Shown in pieces: positions 50,591-60,712 of a stretch of DNA of 64,000 bases; the stretch's first letter is position 1, and each line of letters starts with the position of its first letter. The DNA is from an uncultured Bacilli bacterium (GTDB taxonomy: Bacteria; Bacillota_I; Bacilli_A; RF39; UBA660), in contig CAKOHZ010000002.1 of NCBI GenBank assembly GCA_934086315.1, positions 168,464 to 232,463 on the forward strand. Reading direction: 5' to 3'. Below the pieces are notes generated by a model. It was not told the DNA's origin. It did no database searches and saw only the letters and a list, made by a program, of their open reading frames with translations. The translations under genes and the position numbers were made by a program.

Positions 50591-51223
50591 TTATGCACAA
50601 ATATTGGATTTCATTCTACTTAGTATTAACTTTTCTTGTCTTGATACTTTTACTTGACTAACACCTAAAGCATCTGCTGTTTCACTTTGAGTATATCCTT
50701 GATAATATCTATATTCTATTAGATTTCTATCAAAATCATCCATAGAAGAAAGTTCATTTTCTAAAAGTATTTTATTATCAATCTCCTCTCTCTTGTCATT
50801 TCCATAATCATAATCACTTTCATCTGTACTCTTAGTAAATGATATAGTTTCAATTACATTACGAAGTACTCCTTCATCTATTTCCATAAACGAACATATT
50901 TCACTAAATGAAGGTTCTCTTTCTAATTTACTAGTAAGTAATGATCTAATACTTAAATATTTTTTATATAATGACATATATTCTTCACTAACTTTAATAT
51001 TTCTATCACATCTTATAAATTCAATAATCTCACCTAATATATATTTATAAGCATAAGTACTAAATTTAACAGATGTATCTTTCTTATAGTTTTTATATGC
51101 TTTTATTACTCCAATAGAACCCACTTGATATAAATCTTCGATACTATAATAAATAGAATATTTACTAGCTATTTTATATATAAGTCCCTCACTTTCTTTA
51201 ATTAGAGTTAAATACTCACTCAT
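50591..51223 (-). CDS. Sigma-70 family sigma factor of the SigF/SigG/SigB group.
   Basis: Region 2 DLYQVGSIGVIKAYKNYK...KFSTYAYKYILGEIIEFIR and region 4 HTH QSETADALGVSQVKVSRQEKLILSRMK are present. ATG overlaps the stop of the STAS gene (ATGA). Confidence 0.75.
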   Translation of the reverse strand: MSEYLTLIKESEGLIYKIASKYSIYYSIEDLYQVGSIGVIKAYKNYKKDTSVKFSTYAYKYILGEIIEFIRCDRNIKVSEEYMSLYKKYLSIRSLLTSKLEREPSFSEICSFMEIDEGVLRNVIETISFTKSTDESDYDYGNDKREEIDNKILLENELSSMDDFDRNLIEYRYYQGYTQSETADALGVSQVKVSRQEKLILSRMKSNICA

Positions 51224-51561
51224 ATACTAAATACCCCAGTACTATATTTTTCATCACGAGACTTAAAGCAATAATCAAATAAATCACTATTCTTTAAAGT
51301 TAATTTAATTTTATCATTAATGCCACTTATAACTACCTTCCCATCATACCTACTAACAACATTAGAAATTTTGATTATAGAATCTATTCCACTTTTATCA
51401 ACAAACTTAACACTTGATAAATCAATATTTATTTTATCAAGTGACATTCCAAGTATTAAAGGAATAACTCTACTTTCAAATACTCTTGAAGTGTTATCAT
51501 AAAAACTACCATTTAATCTAACAAATAAAATCCCTTTTTTGAACTCAATATTTGTTGTCAT
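51220..51561 (-). CDS. STAS-domain anti-sigma-factor antagonist (SpoIIAA/RsbV-like).
   Basis: 113 aa. The pattern ...LFVRLNGSF......IDLSSVKFVDKSGIDSIIKI is STAS fold, with the phosphorylatable Ser in the DKSG context. Confidence 0.65.
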   Translation of the reverse strand: MTTNIEFKKGILFVRLNGSFYDNTSRVFESRVIPLILGMSLDKINIDLSSVKFVDKSGIDSIIKISNVVSRYDGKVVISGINDKIKLTLKNSDLFDYCFKSRDEKYSTGVFSI

Positions 51562-51563
51562 AA

Positions 51564-52604
51564 TTAGATAATACTATAATTATTAAATGATATGTTGCGT
51601 TTCGACAAAACTAGATATTTTTTTATTATTAAGAATATAATTGATATAAAAGAACTACTATATAAAAATATATTATCATTCGTTTTTGGATTTTCTATTT
51701 CTTTGTTTTGATATTTAATAAAACATGCTTCTTTACTGCAATAACTATTATCACGAACTACTTTATTATCTTTATCTAAAATTATATAATCATTCATAAT
51801 GAACCTATAGTATTTTTTTAAGGTAGATTCATCTTTTATATATCCATCTAAATTACTATAATAGTCATCAGTATATTCTTTTTCTGATTTATATGTTTTA
51901 TACAATTTATCAGTATATTCATATATAGAAATGTATTGATTTCTATAAGATTTCAAATTATCAATTAATACTTTCTTAGTACAACCATCACACTTTTCAA
52001 AACTTATTTTATCACTATAAACATTATATCTATCACCAGCTCTATAAGAGATATCAATAGTTTCATCAGATACACTATTATAATGAATAAATAACTCCAT
52101 AGATTCGTTAAATTCACTTATACCAATTTTAATATTTTTATCTTTATAATTAATAAATTCATACTTACCATCAATTAATTCTTTGTGAGAACTATCAAAT
52201 TTAAATTTATTCTTATTAAGATATATTTCCACTTCAGATATGTTGATATTGCCTATATTATTAAATAATATACCATCTATATCAAAATTACTAAATACAT
52301 AATCTTTAAATATTCTTTTATATGTCCTCTCTTTATACTTAATAGGTTCTGTAAACATATAATTGGTTTCATACTTTATATCATTAGAATCATATTTAAT
52401 ATAATTGCCTATATCGTCAATTCTCATATACTTTATATCTTTTTCTACTTCCCTATACCATAAGAATCTATCCTCCTCTTCTATAAATATTTCATCCTTA
52501 ACTTTCCCAGGATAAATAGGACTCCATTCACTATATTCATATTCAAAAGCATAACACTCACTAAATATAAACATAGTAATTAAAATTAAAAATATTTTCT
52601 TCAT
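51564..52604 (-). CDS. Secreted hypothetical protein with C-terminal TM anchor, immediately upstream of the STAS-sigma pair.
   Basis: Signal peptide MKKIFLILITMFIFSECYA, a Tyr/Lys/Asp-rich body and a C-terminal hydrophobic segment. Its stop is 2 nt before the STAS start. Confidence 0.4.
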   Translation of the reverse strand: MKKIFLILITMFIFSECYAFEYEYSEWSPIYPGKVKDEIFIEEEDRFLWYREVEKDIKYMRIDDIGNYIKYDSNDIKYETNYMFTEPIKYKERTYKRIFKDYVFSNFDIDGILFNNIGNINISEVEIYLNKNKFKFDSSHKELIDGKYEFINYKDKNIKIGISEFNESMELFIHYNSVSDETIDISYRAGDRYNVYSDKISFEKCDGCTKKVLIDNLKSYRNQYISIYEYTDKLYKTYKSEKEYTDDYYSNLDGYIKDESTLKKYYRFIMNDYIILDKDNKVVRDNSYCSKEACFIKYQNKEIENPKTNDNIFLYSSSFISIIFLIIKKYLVLSKRNISFNNYSII

Positions 52605-52681
52605 TTAACCCTCCTATTATTATAGTTAGACATAAATTCAGAAAACACTTCTTTTTTTATCAAAAAATTTTACAAAGTTAA

Positions 52682-52705
52682 AAATAGACTATTTCTAGTC
52701 TATTT
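52682..52705 (-). terminator. Rho-independent terminator overlapping the leuS stop.
   Basis: aaatagacta-tttc-tagtctattt (10 bp stem). Confidence 0.45.
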
Positions 52706-55114
52706 AATAACAATATTAACTATCTTATTAGGAACAACTATTTCTTTAATAATTTCATGTCCTTCAATATGTTTAATAACATTTTCTTGTTCCTTAGCAA
52801 GTTTTAATAATTCATCCTTATTTGTATCTTTAACTACTGATATAGTTGCTCTTAGTTTACCATTTACACTACATGCTATATTAACAGTCTCATCACTAAT
52901 TTTATTTTCATCATAAACTAACCATTCACTCTCACAAATTGGTTTACCAAGATTTAACATTTCATTTAATTCTTCTGTTACATGTGGAGCTATTGGATTT
53001 AATAATACCAATAATGTTCTATAATCTTTTCTACTAATAGAATCTAATTTATCATAAGCATTTGCTAAGATCATTAATGCACTAACAGCGGTATTATAAT
53101 TCATAGTATCTATGTCTTCAGTAACTTTCTTTATAGTTTTATTAATTAATATTTCTAAAGATTCAGTATATTCATTACTATCATTTACTTTATCTTTCAT
53201 TCTATATATTTTATCTATAAATCTCTTACATCCTTTAAGACCATTTTCACTCCATGCTGCATCTTTTTCATAGTCACCTATAAACATTTCATAAACTCTT
53301 AAAGCATCTGCTCCATAGGCTTTAACCATATCATCTGGATTAACAACATTACCACGAGATTTACTCATTTTTTCATTGTTATCACCTAAAATCATACCAT
53401 GACTAATTCTAGTCCATATCATTTCTTTATTTGGAACAAGTCCTATATTATATAAGAATTGTACCCAGAATCTAGCATATAATAAGTGTCTTGCTGTATG
53501 TTCCATCCCACCATTATACCAGTCTACTCTTTGCCAATATTTCATAGCATCCATTGAAGCAAATTCATGATCATTATGTGGATCCATAAATCTTAAGAAA
53601 TACCAACTTGATCCAGCCCAGTTAGGCATAGTATCAGTTTCACGTTTTGCATCTCCACCACATTTAGGACATTTACAATTTACCCATTCTTCTATCTTAG
53701 CAAGTGGACTTTGTCCATCTTCAGTAGGTTCATATTCAGCGATATCAGGAAGCAATAATGGTAAATCTTTTTCATCCATTGGTTGCCATCCACATTTTTC
53801 ACAATATATCATAGGTATTGGTTCTCCCCAGAATCTTTGTCTTGAGAAAATCCAGTCTCTCATTTTATAATTATTTACTTTACGAGCAATACCTCTATTA
53901 ACAAGTTTTTCTGTTATAGCTTCTTTAGCTTCTTCTACAGTCATACCAGTAAATTCTTCACTATTAATAAGTTTATAACCTTTACCTAAATAATCTTGTT
54001 TTTCAAAAGCACATTCATCTATACTTCTTCCATCAATTACTTGAATCATATCTAAATTATGTACACTTGCATATTCATAATCTCTTTGATCATGAGCAGG
54101 TACAGCCATAACAGCTCCAGTACCATAACTACCTAAAACAAAATCACCTAAGAATATTGGAACTTCTTTTCCATTAACTGGATTAATTGCTTTAATTCCT
54201 TCAATCATACATCCAGTCTTTTCTTTATTTAATTCTGTTCTATCCATATTACTCTTCTTAGCTGTTTCTTCTATATACTTTTTAACTTCATCTTGATTCT
54301 TAATTCTAGGCATTAACTCTTTAACAAGTTTACCATCTGGTGCAATTACAAAGAATGTAATACCATATACTGTTTCAATACAAGTAGTAAATATAGAAAA
54401 TTTACCCCCACCTACTATATCAACATCAAGTTCTATTCCACTACTTTTACCAATCCAATTTATTTGACCTAATTTTACTTTTTCAGCAAAATTTGTATCA
54501 TCTAAACCTTTTAATAAGTCTTCTGAATAATCACTCATTCTAAGCATCCATTGACTCTTTTCTTTTTGAGTTACTGCTGTTCCGCATCTTTCACACACTC
54601 CACCTGAACTATCTTCATTAGAAAGTACTGTTTTACAAGTAGGACACCAGTTAACAGCAATAGTATCTTTATAAGCCATTCCATGTTTATAGAATTGTAA
54701 GAATTGCCATTGAGTCCATTTATAATACTCAGGATCACTAGTAGCAAACTCTCTATCCCAATCAAATGAATAACCCAAATTCATCATTTGACCTTTAAAT
54801 GTCTTAATATTCTCTTCTACTGCTTGTTTAGGATGAATGTGATTCTTAATAGCGTATTGTTCAGCAGGTGAACCAAAACTATCAAATCCCATTGGATACA
54901 AAACATTATATCCTTGCATTCTCTTTATTCTAGCCTTAGCATCTTGAGCAGTATAACTTCTAACATGACCTACATGAAGACCACTACCACTAGGATAAGG
55001 AAATTCTACTAATATATAATAATGTTTATCTCCACCATTATTAACAGCTTTAAATGTTTTATTATCTAACCAATATTTTTGCCATTTTTCTTCTATCTTT
55101 TTATAATCATACAT
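52700..55114 (-). CDS. leuS: Leucine--tRNA ligase.
   Basis: 804 aa. HIGH-type motif GSGLHVGHVRSYTAQD, KMSKS motif KMSKSRGN and a CP1 editing domain. Confidence 0.96.
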   Translation of the reverse strand: MYDYKKIEEKWQKYWLDNKTFKAVNNGGDKHYYILVEFPYPSGSGLHVGHVRSYTAQDAKARIKRMQGYNVLYPMGFDSFGSPAEQYAIKNHIHPKQAVEENIKTFKGQMMNLGYSFDWDREFATSDPEYYKWTQWQFLQFYKHGMAYKDTIAVNWCPTCKTVLSNEDSSGGVCERCGTAVTQKEKSQWMLRMSDYSEDLLKGLDDTNFAEKVKLGQINWIGKSSGIELDVDIVGGGKFSIFTTCIETVYGITFFVIAPDGKLVKELMPRIKNQDEVKKYIEETAKKSNMDRTELNKEKTGCMIEGIKAINPVNGKEVPIFLGDFVLGSYGTGAVMAVPAHDQRDYEYASVHNLDMIQVIDGRSIDECAFEKQDYLGKGYKLINSEEFTGMTVEEAKEAITEKLVNRGIARKVNNYKMRDWIFSRQRFWGEPIPMIYCEKCGWQPMDEKDLPLLLPDIAEYEPTEDGQSPLAKIEEWVNCKCPKCGGDAKRETDTMPNWAGSSWYFLRFMDPHNDHEFASMDAMKYWQRVDWYNGGMEHTARHLLYARFWVQFLYNIGLVPNKEMIWTRISHGMILGDNNEKMSKSRGNVVNPDDMVKAYGADALRVYEMFIGDYEKDAAWSENGLKGCKRFIDKIYRMKDKVNDSNEYTESLEILINKTIKKVTEDIDTMNYNTAVSALMILANAYDKLDSISRKDYRTLLVLLNPIAPHVTEELNEMLNLGKPICESEWLVYDENKISDETVNIACSVNGKLRATISVVKDTNKDELLKLAKEQENVIKHIEGHEIIKEIVVPNKIVNIVIK

Positions 55115-55116
55115 AA

Positions 55117-55473
55117 TTATTTACCTTCCCTTCTTTTTAACATTCTACCAGCTATTTCATATAAAGCATATATAAGAGCCATCATAACAGCGAATCCAAC
55201 TAATACACCCCATATCATGCTTTCTATATTAATAACTAGTACTGAACAAAATGATATAATAAATGAATTAATAATAGTTTCAACTCTAAGTACAGTTTCA
55301 TACTTAGTTTTTTTCATATCTAAATTATATCTAGCGATAAAGATTTTTATCATATCATTCTTTTTTATTTTTTTATATTCTTTTCTATTTTTGTTCAGAA
55401 ACACAGAATACACAATAAACACAAGTAAAAATATAAACACAAAATCATACAAACAACCTAAAAACTTATCCAT
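55117..55473 (-). CDS. Small membrane protein (118 aa, 3 TM helices) encoded between the T-box leader and leuS.
   Basis: Strong RBS GAGGAGGAAAAG before ATG 55473. Three hydrophobic helices. Its stop overlaps the leuS start (ATGA-type coupling). Confidence 0.5.
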   Translation of the reverse strand: MDKFLGCLYDFVFIFLLVFIVYSVFLNKNRKEYKKIKKNDMIKIFIARYNLDMKKTKYETVLRVETIINSFIISFCSVLVINIESMIWGVLVGFAVMMALIYALYEIAGRMLKRREGK

Positions 55474-55695
55474 CTTTTCCTCCTCAAAATAAAAGCTTTA
55501 TAACTTAAGGATGAGTAAAACCCACGGTACCACCTTAATTCATAAAGCTTATGCATCTCTTATCTTTATCGCAGAACTGCGTTATTTCTAAAAAAGTAAG
55601 TTCAGTATATATTATTATTAGTTTACACCTACCACTAACTCTCTTTAAATTTTTCTATACTTACTACTCTTTTCTTCAATCGAAATATGAATGTA
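55474..55695 (-). promoter_or_regulatory. T-box riboswitch leader (Leu-specific by context).
   Basis: Minus strand carries AATTAAGGTGGTACCGTGGG, the conserved T-box sequence. Downstream is the terminator AAGCTTTAT...ATAAAGCTTTTATTTT. A stem I-like AGAGAGTTAGTGG precedes it, and a candidate specifier GAACUUAC holds the Leu codon CUU. Confidence 0.75.
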
Positions 55696-55700
55696 TTATA

Positions 55701-58103
55701 CTACACCTCTGCTATATATTCAAGTAACTTTAAGAACATTTTTCTAAATACACTTGGAAGACTTCTAAGTCTTCTAATAGCAAATCTCTTATCTTTGATA
55801 CTCATATCACTAAATAATATTTTATCTACTTTTTCTTTTAACTCAGTAGTTATATTTAAATCACTAATGATTCCTTCAATATCTTCATTAATAATTCTCT
55901 CAGCATTTATTTCTATATCTTTTCCTTTACAATATACAAATACTTTACTCATAGTTGGTATTTCATCAAACTCAATTACAAAATCATTTTCATCTACATA
56001 TCTTCTATATGGAACATTTACCTCATCTTTAAATACTTGTACATTTTCAGTAAATTTAGTATTTCTAAATCTTATTTTATAATTACGAGTTGCTGGTATA
56101 ACACCTTCTACTCCTTCAACTGGTTGTATTGCAACTGAGAAATCATTTTCTTTATAATAATAATTTATCTCTGTCGTGAAACTTTGTCCTTCTTTATACA
56201 TTTGACTAGTTCCATCATCTTCATATAACTTATATGTGTTACTTCTTCCAGGGAATATTTGTATTTCTAAATTCTTTGGATTACTTGTATCATTTATATT
56301 ATCAGGATTTAATCTTGCAAGTGGTATTATAGCACCAGTTTTAGCATATACCGGATAGTCTTCATCTTTATAGAATGTTACATATCTTTTTCCACCAGGG
56401 AACTTCTTACCAGTTTTAAAGTCATACCATGTACCATTTGGTAAGAATATCTTATGAACTACTCTATTCATTACATTGTCTTTAGGATCAACTATAGGTG
56501 CAACAAATAATTCACTTCCATAATAAAATTCATTTTTATAAAGTGGTTCATCATATGTTTCAGGATATTTATAGTAAAGAGGTTGTATTAATGGAGAACC
56601 AAAACTAGAATATTTCTTAGCTTCACTATATAAGTATGGTATTAATTTGTGTCTAATTCTTAAATAATCATGAACTATTTTTAATGTCTTAGCATCCCAT
56701 CTCCATGGTTCTCTCTTATAATATTTACCAAATGTACTAGAAAGTCTTAAAATTGGACTATATACACCTAATTGTACATATCTAACATATAGTTCAGAGT
56801 CTTCAGTACCACCTTTAAATCCACCTATATCATGACTCCACCAACTAATACCTATATTAGCAGCAGTACTATTATAGAATGGTAATAACTTTAAAGTTCT
56901 CCAACTAACATTAGTTTTTCCTGAATATAGAATTGAATATCTATGAGGATTAACTCCGAAGTTACGACTCATAATAAGAGGTCTCTTAGCCTTATTAACT
57001 GCAAGAGTATTATATAAATAATAATTCATTACAAAGCTTCTAAGAGTATTTTCTTTATTGTAATCATCTACCCATAAGAAATCTATTCCACTACTCATTA
57101 AAGGATTAATAATACCCTTCATAAATGCATCTATTAATTTATTATCATAAACATTAAGAGGTATATTTTTACCATTATCTCTTCCTAACAAATTAGAAAA
57201 TGTTTGATAATTTTCTTCTTCTACACTAATAATACCCTCAGTCTTTATATTAAGCCCCAAATGAACACGACTATTATGTAAAAATTCACTTAAAGCAGGA
57301 GTACTTGAGAAGCCTACTTTATTAAGACTAAAACTAAGTGTACTATATTTATTCTTAGTTCTCTCATATTCACCAAGTAACATTACAGAAAGAGGTAAAT
57401 CATACTTTTTAAAATTATATACTAATTTTTCTATTTCACTTGAATTATAAGCCTCATTTTTATTCCACCAAACACCTAAAGCATATCTAGGAATTAGTGG
57501 TGGTAAACCAGTTAAGTTAAAATAATCACGAAGACCTACTCCAAAATCATTGTTATATATAAATAAGTATGTATCTATATTTTTATAATTAGGTGCAATA
57601 ATATTACCATATTGATTTAATATTGGTGTTCTTGAGTCATCAAATGTAGTAAAACCATCTAGTGAAAATAATCCTTTATCTAAAGATACTCCACCACCCT
57701 TATAATCATCTAAACTATAAGCACTACCCTTAAAGTTTCTAACTTCAGGATGATTAAAATACCATATCTTTTCAGTACCAATAATACTTACTTTTAAATA
57801 TTGATCAGGTAAAAATTTACTTCCTACATATGGTTTTTCTTTATTATATTCTATTATAAATTTACTACTTTTAATAACTAATACATTATTATCTTCTTCA
57901 ACAGTTATTTTTGGTTTACCAAAACTTCTATTAGTAGCAAAAAAAGTAGGATAATCATTAAATGCACCAGTTTCACTATATTCAAAACGTATTAACGCAT
58001 CAGATAAAATACTTATTCTATAAGTCTTACCCATGAATACATATGATGATGGAGTTTTACTCTTAGTCATATCTATATAAAATTGTGAACCAAAATCATA
58101 CAT
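55701..58103 (-). CDS. Glycoside hydrolase family 31 alpha-glucosidase/alpha-xylosidase.
   Basis: 800 aa. GH31 catalytic region GIDFLWVDDYNKE (nucleophile Asp) and WSHDIGGF (acid/base region), with an N-terminal beta-sandwich. Confidence 0.82.
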   Translation of the reverse strand: MYDFGSQFYIDMTKSKTPSSYVFMGKTYRISILSDALIRFEYSETGAFNDYPTFFATNRSFGKPKITVEEDNNVLVIKSSKFIIEYNKEKPYVGSKFLPDQYLKVSIIGTEKIWYFNHPEVRNFKGSAYSLDDYKGGGVSLDKGLFSLDGFTTFDDSRTPILNQYGNIIAPNYKNIDTYLFIYNNDFGVGLRDYFNLTGLPPLIPRYALGVWWNKNEAYNSSEIEKLVYNFKKYDLPLSVMLLGEYERTKNKYSTLSFSLNKVGFSSTPALSEFLHNSRVHLGLNIKTEGIISVEEENYQTFSNLLGRDNGKNIPLNVYDNKLIDAFMKGIINPLMSSGIDFLWVDDYNKENTLRSFVMNYYLYNTLAVNKAKRPLIMSRNFGVNPHRYSILYSGKTNVSWRTLKLLPFYNSTAANIGISWWSHDIGGFKGGTEDSELYVRYVQLGVYSPILRLSSTFGKYYKREPWRWDAKTLKIVHDYLRIRHKLIPYLYSEAKKYSSFGSPLIQPLYYKYPETYDEPLYKNEFYYGSELFVAPIVDPKDNVMNRVVHKIFLPNGTWYDFKTGKKFPGGKRYVTFYKDEDYPVYAKTGAIIPLARLNPDNINDTSNPKNLEIQIFPGRSNTYKLYEDDGTSQMYKEGQSFTTEINYYYKENDFSVAIQPVEGVEGVIPATRNYKIRFRNTKFTENVQVFKDEVNVPYRRYVDENDFVIEFDEIPTMSKVFVYCKGKDIEINAERIINEDIEGIISDLNITTELKEKVDKILFSDMSIKDKRFAIRRLRSLPSVFRKMFLKLLEYIAEV

Positions 58104-58135
58104 GAATTTTTCCTCCTACTTTATTTACTTATCAT

Positions 58136-59896
58136 TTATTGTTTTAATTTTACCATCCAGTTATTATATATTTCGCAGTTAGCACTTGTTGGTGGTGGAT
58201 CAGCTTTTTCCATCTTCACAATCATTGGTATTTTAAATATTCTACCAAAGGCTACACAAGTACCAGCCTGTAATGTCTTTTGCTTTTCAACAACATCTTC
58301 ACTCATATTTGGTACTGATTTAGATATATATTCTAAGTCAGCCGGATGATTTATTTTAAATATTAAGAAGTTCGCACATTGACTTATAACATTTTCATTC
58401 AAGTCAGTTGGTCTTTGTGTAATTAAATCTAAAAGTAAACCATATTTACGACCTTCTTTAGCAATTCTTTCAAATATGTTATATCCAAGAAGTGCTTTGT
58501 CATCTCCTTCTAAAACATAACGGTGAGCTTCTTCTAATATCATATGTATTGGGAATGTAGCTCTTTCTTGTAATGCTCTTGTAAATTTCATGAACATACG
58601 TCCAAAAACTTTAACAATACTACGAGCAAATCTATCATCAACATCTTCTAAATTAAAGTTAACAATTTGACATTTTTTATTACCACTTATTTGTATTTTC
58701 TTAATATATTCATCAACAGTAGTATAACCATCATCACTAAAGAATACTGAATTTTGACGAGTAGCTAAATCATGTAGTCTTACTTTTAAACTCATAGCTG
58801 AGTCATACATAGCTTCATTTAATAAATATCTTTCACTATATAATGTGAAATTAAGAGCAACTTCTAAATCATGAAGAGAATAACTTACTCCTTCAGCATT
58901 ATAATTCCACTTACGTGAGTCATCTATAAATCCTTTGATATAATCTGAGATAATTTTACGTTCAGCAAATCTTCCTTCACTATCTATATCAAAGCAGTTT
59001 CTAAACATACGTGTAAAACCAATACCAGGAACCTCAGTTTCTAAAGAAAGTTCTGGTGTATTAGTTTCTGATAATATTTCAAATATTTGATCTCTAATCT
59101 TACTAGAAGTTTGATTAGTATACATTATATTAATAATAGCTTTTGCTAATATATGATTTTTATAATCTTGAGCTTCTTTATCTTCACGAGCAAACATTTT
59201 AACATAAACAAGAGCTGTTTCAATCATAGCTATTTGAGAAAAGTTAGTCGCATCAAGTAAGTTAAGTATGTCATCTAGTTCTAAAAGACATACTGGTATT
59301 CTAAGTTTCTCATATTCTTTTTTCATATTAGTAGTTATTACTTTAAATGCATAATATGGATTATTTTTACTTAAATCTTTAAATGCATTCATATATTCAC
59401 CATAACTATCAAATATAAATATATTAGCATTATATGGAATTATTTGAGAATTAGGAAATATATTTTGAATAATTCTACATATACCATATGTTTTACCACT
59501 ACCAGTATTACCAAATATAGCAGTATGGTTTGAGAATAACTCATCTATACTAACATTTAATGGAAATTCATTATATAAAGGACTTACTCCAAGTCTAATA
59601 CTTCTATTTTCTTCACCAGTAAGTATTTTTAATTCTTCTTGATTAATAATTCTAACGTTCGCATCAAGACTAGGTTTTTTAATAAGACCACCAATAAAAT
59701 CATGATCAGTAAGTTCTCCCAAGAAACTTATTTTAATTGTATCTTGTTCAATAGAATCTACTTCTCCTAAAATTCTTTTATCAGAATCTTCAAATACAAC
59801 ATGTAAGTTAATTAAATCTTTGATACCAGAAATAGCTTCTTTATTAACACTTACAATAGCACTATTCTTAGTAATAGTAAGAACCTTTCCAAGCAT
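58136..59896 (-). CDS. HerA-like (DUF87) P-loop ATPase, orphan.
   Basis: N-terminal HerA-type beta-barrel, Walker A AIFGNTGSGKTYG and Walker B ILEEAHRY (EEAH-type). Confidence 0.6.
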   Translation of the reverse strand: MLGKVLTITKNSAIVSVNKEAISGIKDLINLHVVFEDSDKRILGEVDSIEQDTIKISFLGELTDHDFIGGLIKKPSLDANVRIINQEELKILTGEENRSIRLGVSPLYNEFPLNVSIDELFSNHTAIFGNTGSGKTYGICRIIQNIFPNSQIIPYNANIFIFDSYGEYMNAFKDLSKNNPYYAFKVITTNMKKEYEKLRIPVCLLELDDILNLLDATNFSQIAMIETALVYVKMFAREDKEAQDYKNHILAKAIINIMYTNQTSSKIRDQIFEILSETNTPELSLETEVPGIGFTRMFRNCFDIDSEGRFAERKIISDYIKGFIDDSRKWNYNAEGVSYSLHDLEVALNFTLYSERYLLNEAMYDSAMSLKVRLHDLATRQNSVFFSDDGYTTVDEYIKKIQISGNKKCQIVNFNLEDVDDRFARSIVKVFGRMFMKFTRALQERATFPIHMILEEAHRYVLEGDDKALLGYNIFERIAKEGRKYGLLLDLITQRPTDLNENVISQCANFLIFKINHPADLEYISKSVPNMSEDVVEKQKTLQAGTCVAFGRIFKIPMIVKMEKADPPPTSANCEIYNNWMVKLKQ

Positions 59897-59960
59897 ATTA
59901 AAAAACCTTCCTCTCTATTCTTAAGATAATTTTATCACAAATATTTTTCTCATACAACAT

Positions 59961-59986
59961 AAAAAGTGTTATTGCCAACACTTTTT
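59961..59986 (-). terminator. Terminator hairpin after truA.
   Basis: aaaagtgtt-attgcc-aacactttt (9 bp stem). The T-run on the minus strand is weak. Confidence 0.4.
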
Positions 59987-59989
59987 CTA

Positions 59990-60712
59990 TTAATATTCTA
60001 TTTTATTTAAATAAAGTCCAACAGGACTAGCACATCTACCAAGAGAAGTTCTGTTTTCACTTTTAAATATATCTTCTATATCGCAAATACTTTTTTTAGA
60101 ATCATTTATATCAAGTAATAAACCAACTATATTTCTAATCATATATCTAAGAAAACCACTAGATTCAAATCTAAGATATAATACTTTCTTAGAAACTTTA
60201 TAATCTATAATAACATCTCTTTCATAATTACCATTATCTTTATCTGAAGTAAAACTTCTATAATTATGTTTTCCTTTAAATTGATTAACAAATATATCTA
60301 ATAATTCTTTATCTATATTTTTACAATATTGATATACATACTCACTTTCTATAGGATTATATTCTCCCATATTAATTTTATAAACATATTCTTTTCTCTT
60401 AACATCATGTCTTACATTAAAATTATTATCTAATTTTTTAATACTTTTAACATAAATATAATCACTTAATAACGAATTAACACTATGAATTAACTTTTTA
60501 GGGTTTATTTCTTCATCTACTTCAAAAGTACAATATTGATTTAATGCATGAACCCCTCTATCAGTTCTAGAAGCTCCTATAGTATTAATACTTCTATTAA
60601 ATATTTTAGATAATACTTTTTCAAGTTCTCCTTCAACAGTATCTTTATTCTTTTGAATTTGATATCCATAATATTTAGATCCGTTATAACTTAAATTAAC
60701 TAAATATTTCAT
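59990..60712 (-). CDS. truA: tRNA pseudouridine(38-40) synthase.
   Basis: 240 aa with the catalytic Asp motif GASRTDRGVHALNQ. Confidence 0.85.
   Translation of the reverse strand: MKYLVNLSYNGSKYYGYQIQKNKDTVEGELEKVLSKIFNRSINTIGASRTDRGVHALNQYCTFEVDEEINPKKLIHSVNSLLSDYIYVKSIKKLDNNFNVRHDVKRKEYVYKINMGEYNPIESEYVYQYCKNIDKELLDIFVNQFKGKHNYRSFTSDKDNGNYERDVIIDYKVSKKVLYLRFESSGFLRYMIRNIVGLLLDINDSKKSICDIEDIFKSENRTSLGRCASPVGLYLNKIEY

Noticed and set aside
58136-59896. Considered whether the HerA-like ATPase is a VirB4/TraC-type conjugation ATPase or FtsK, marking a mobile element.
   Set aside because: There are no relaxase, coupling protein, pilin-assembly or other T4SS genes nearby. The Walker B is the EEAH type typical of HerA/DUF87, not the VirB4 type, and the flanks are housekeeping (GH31, truA).
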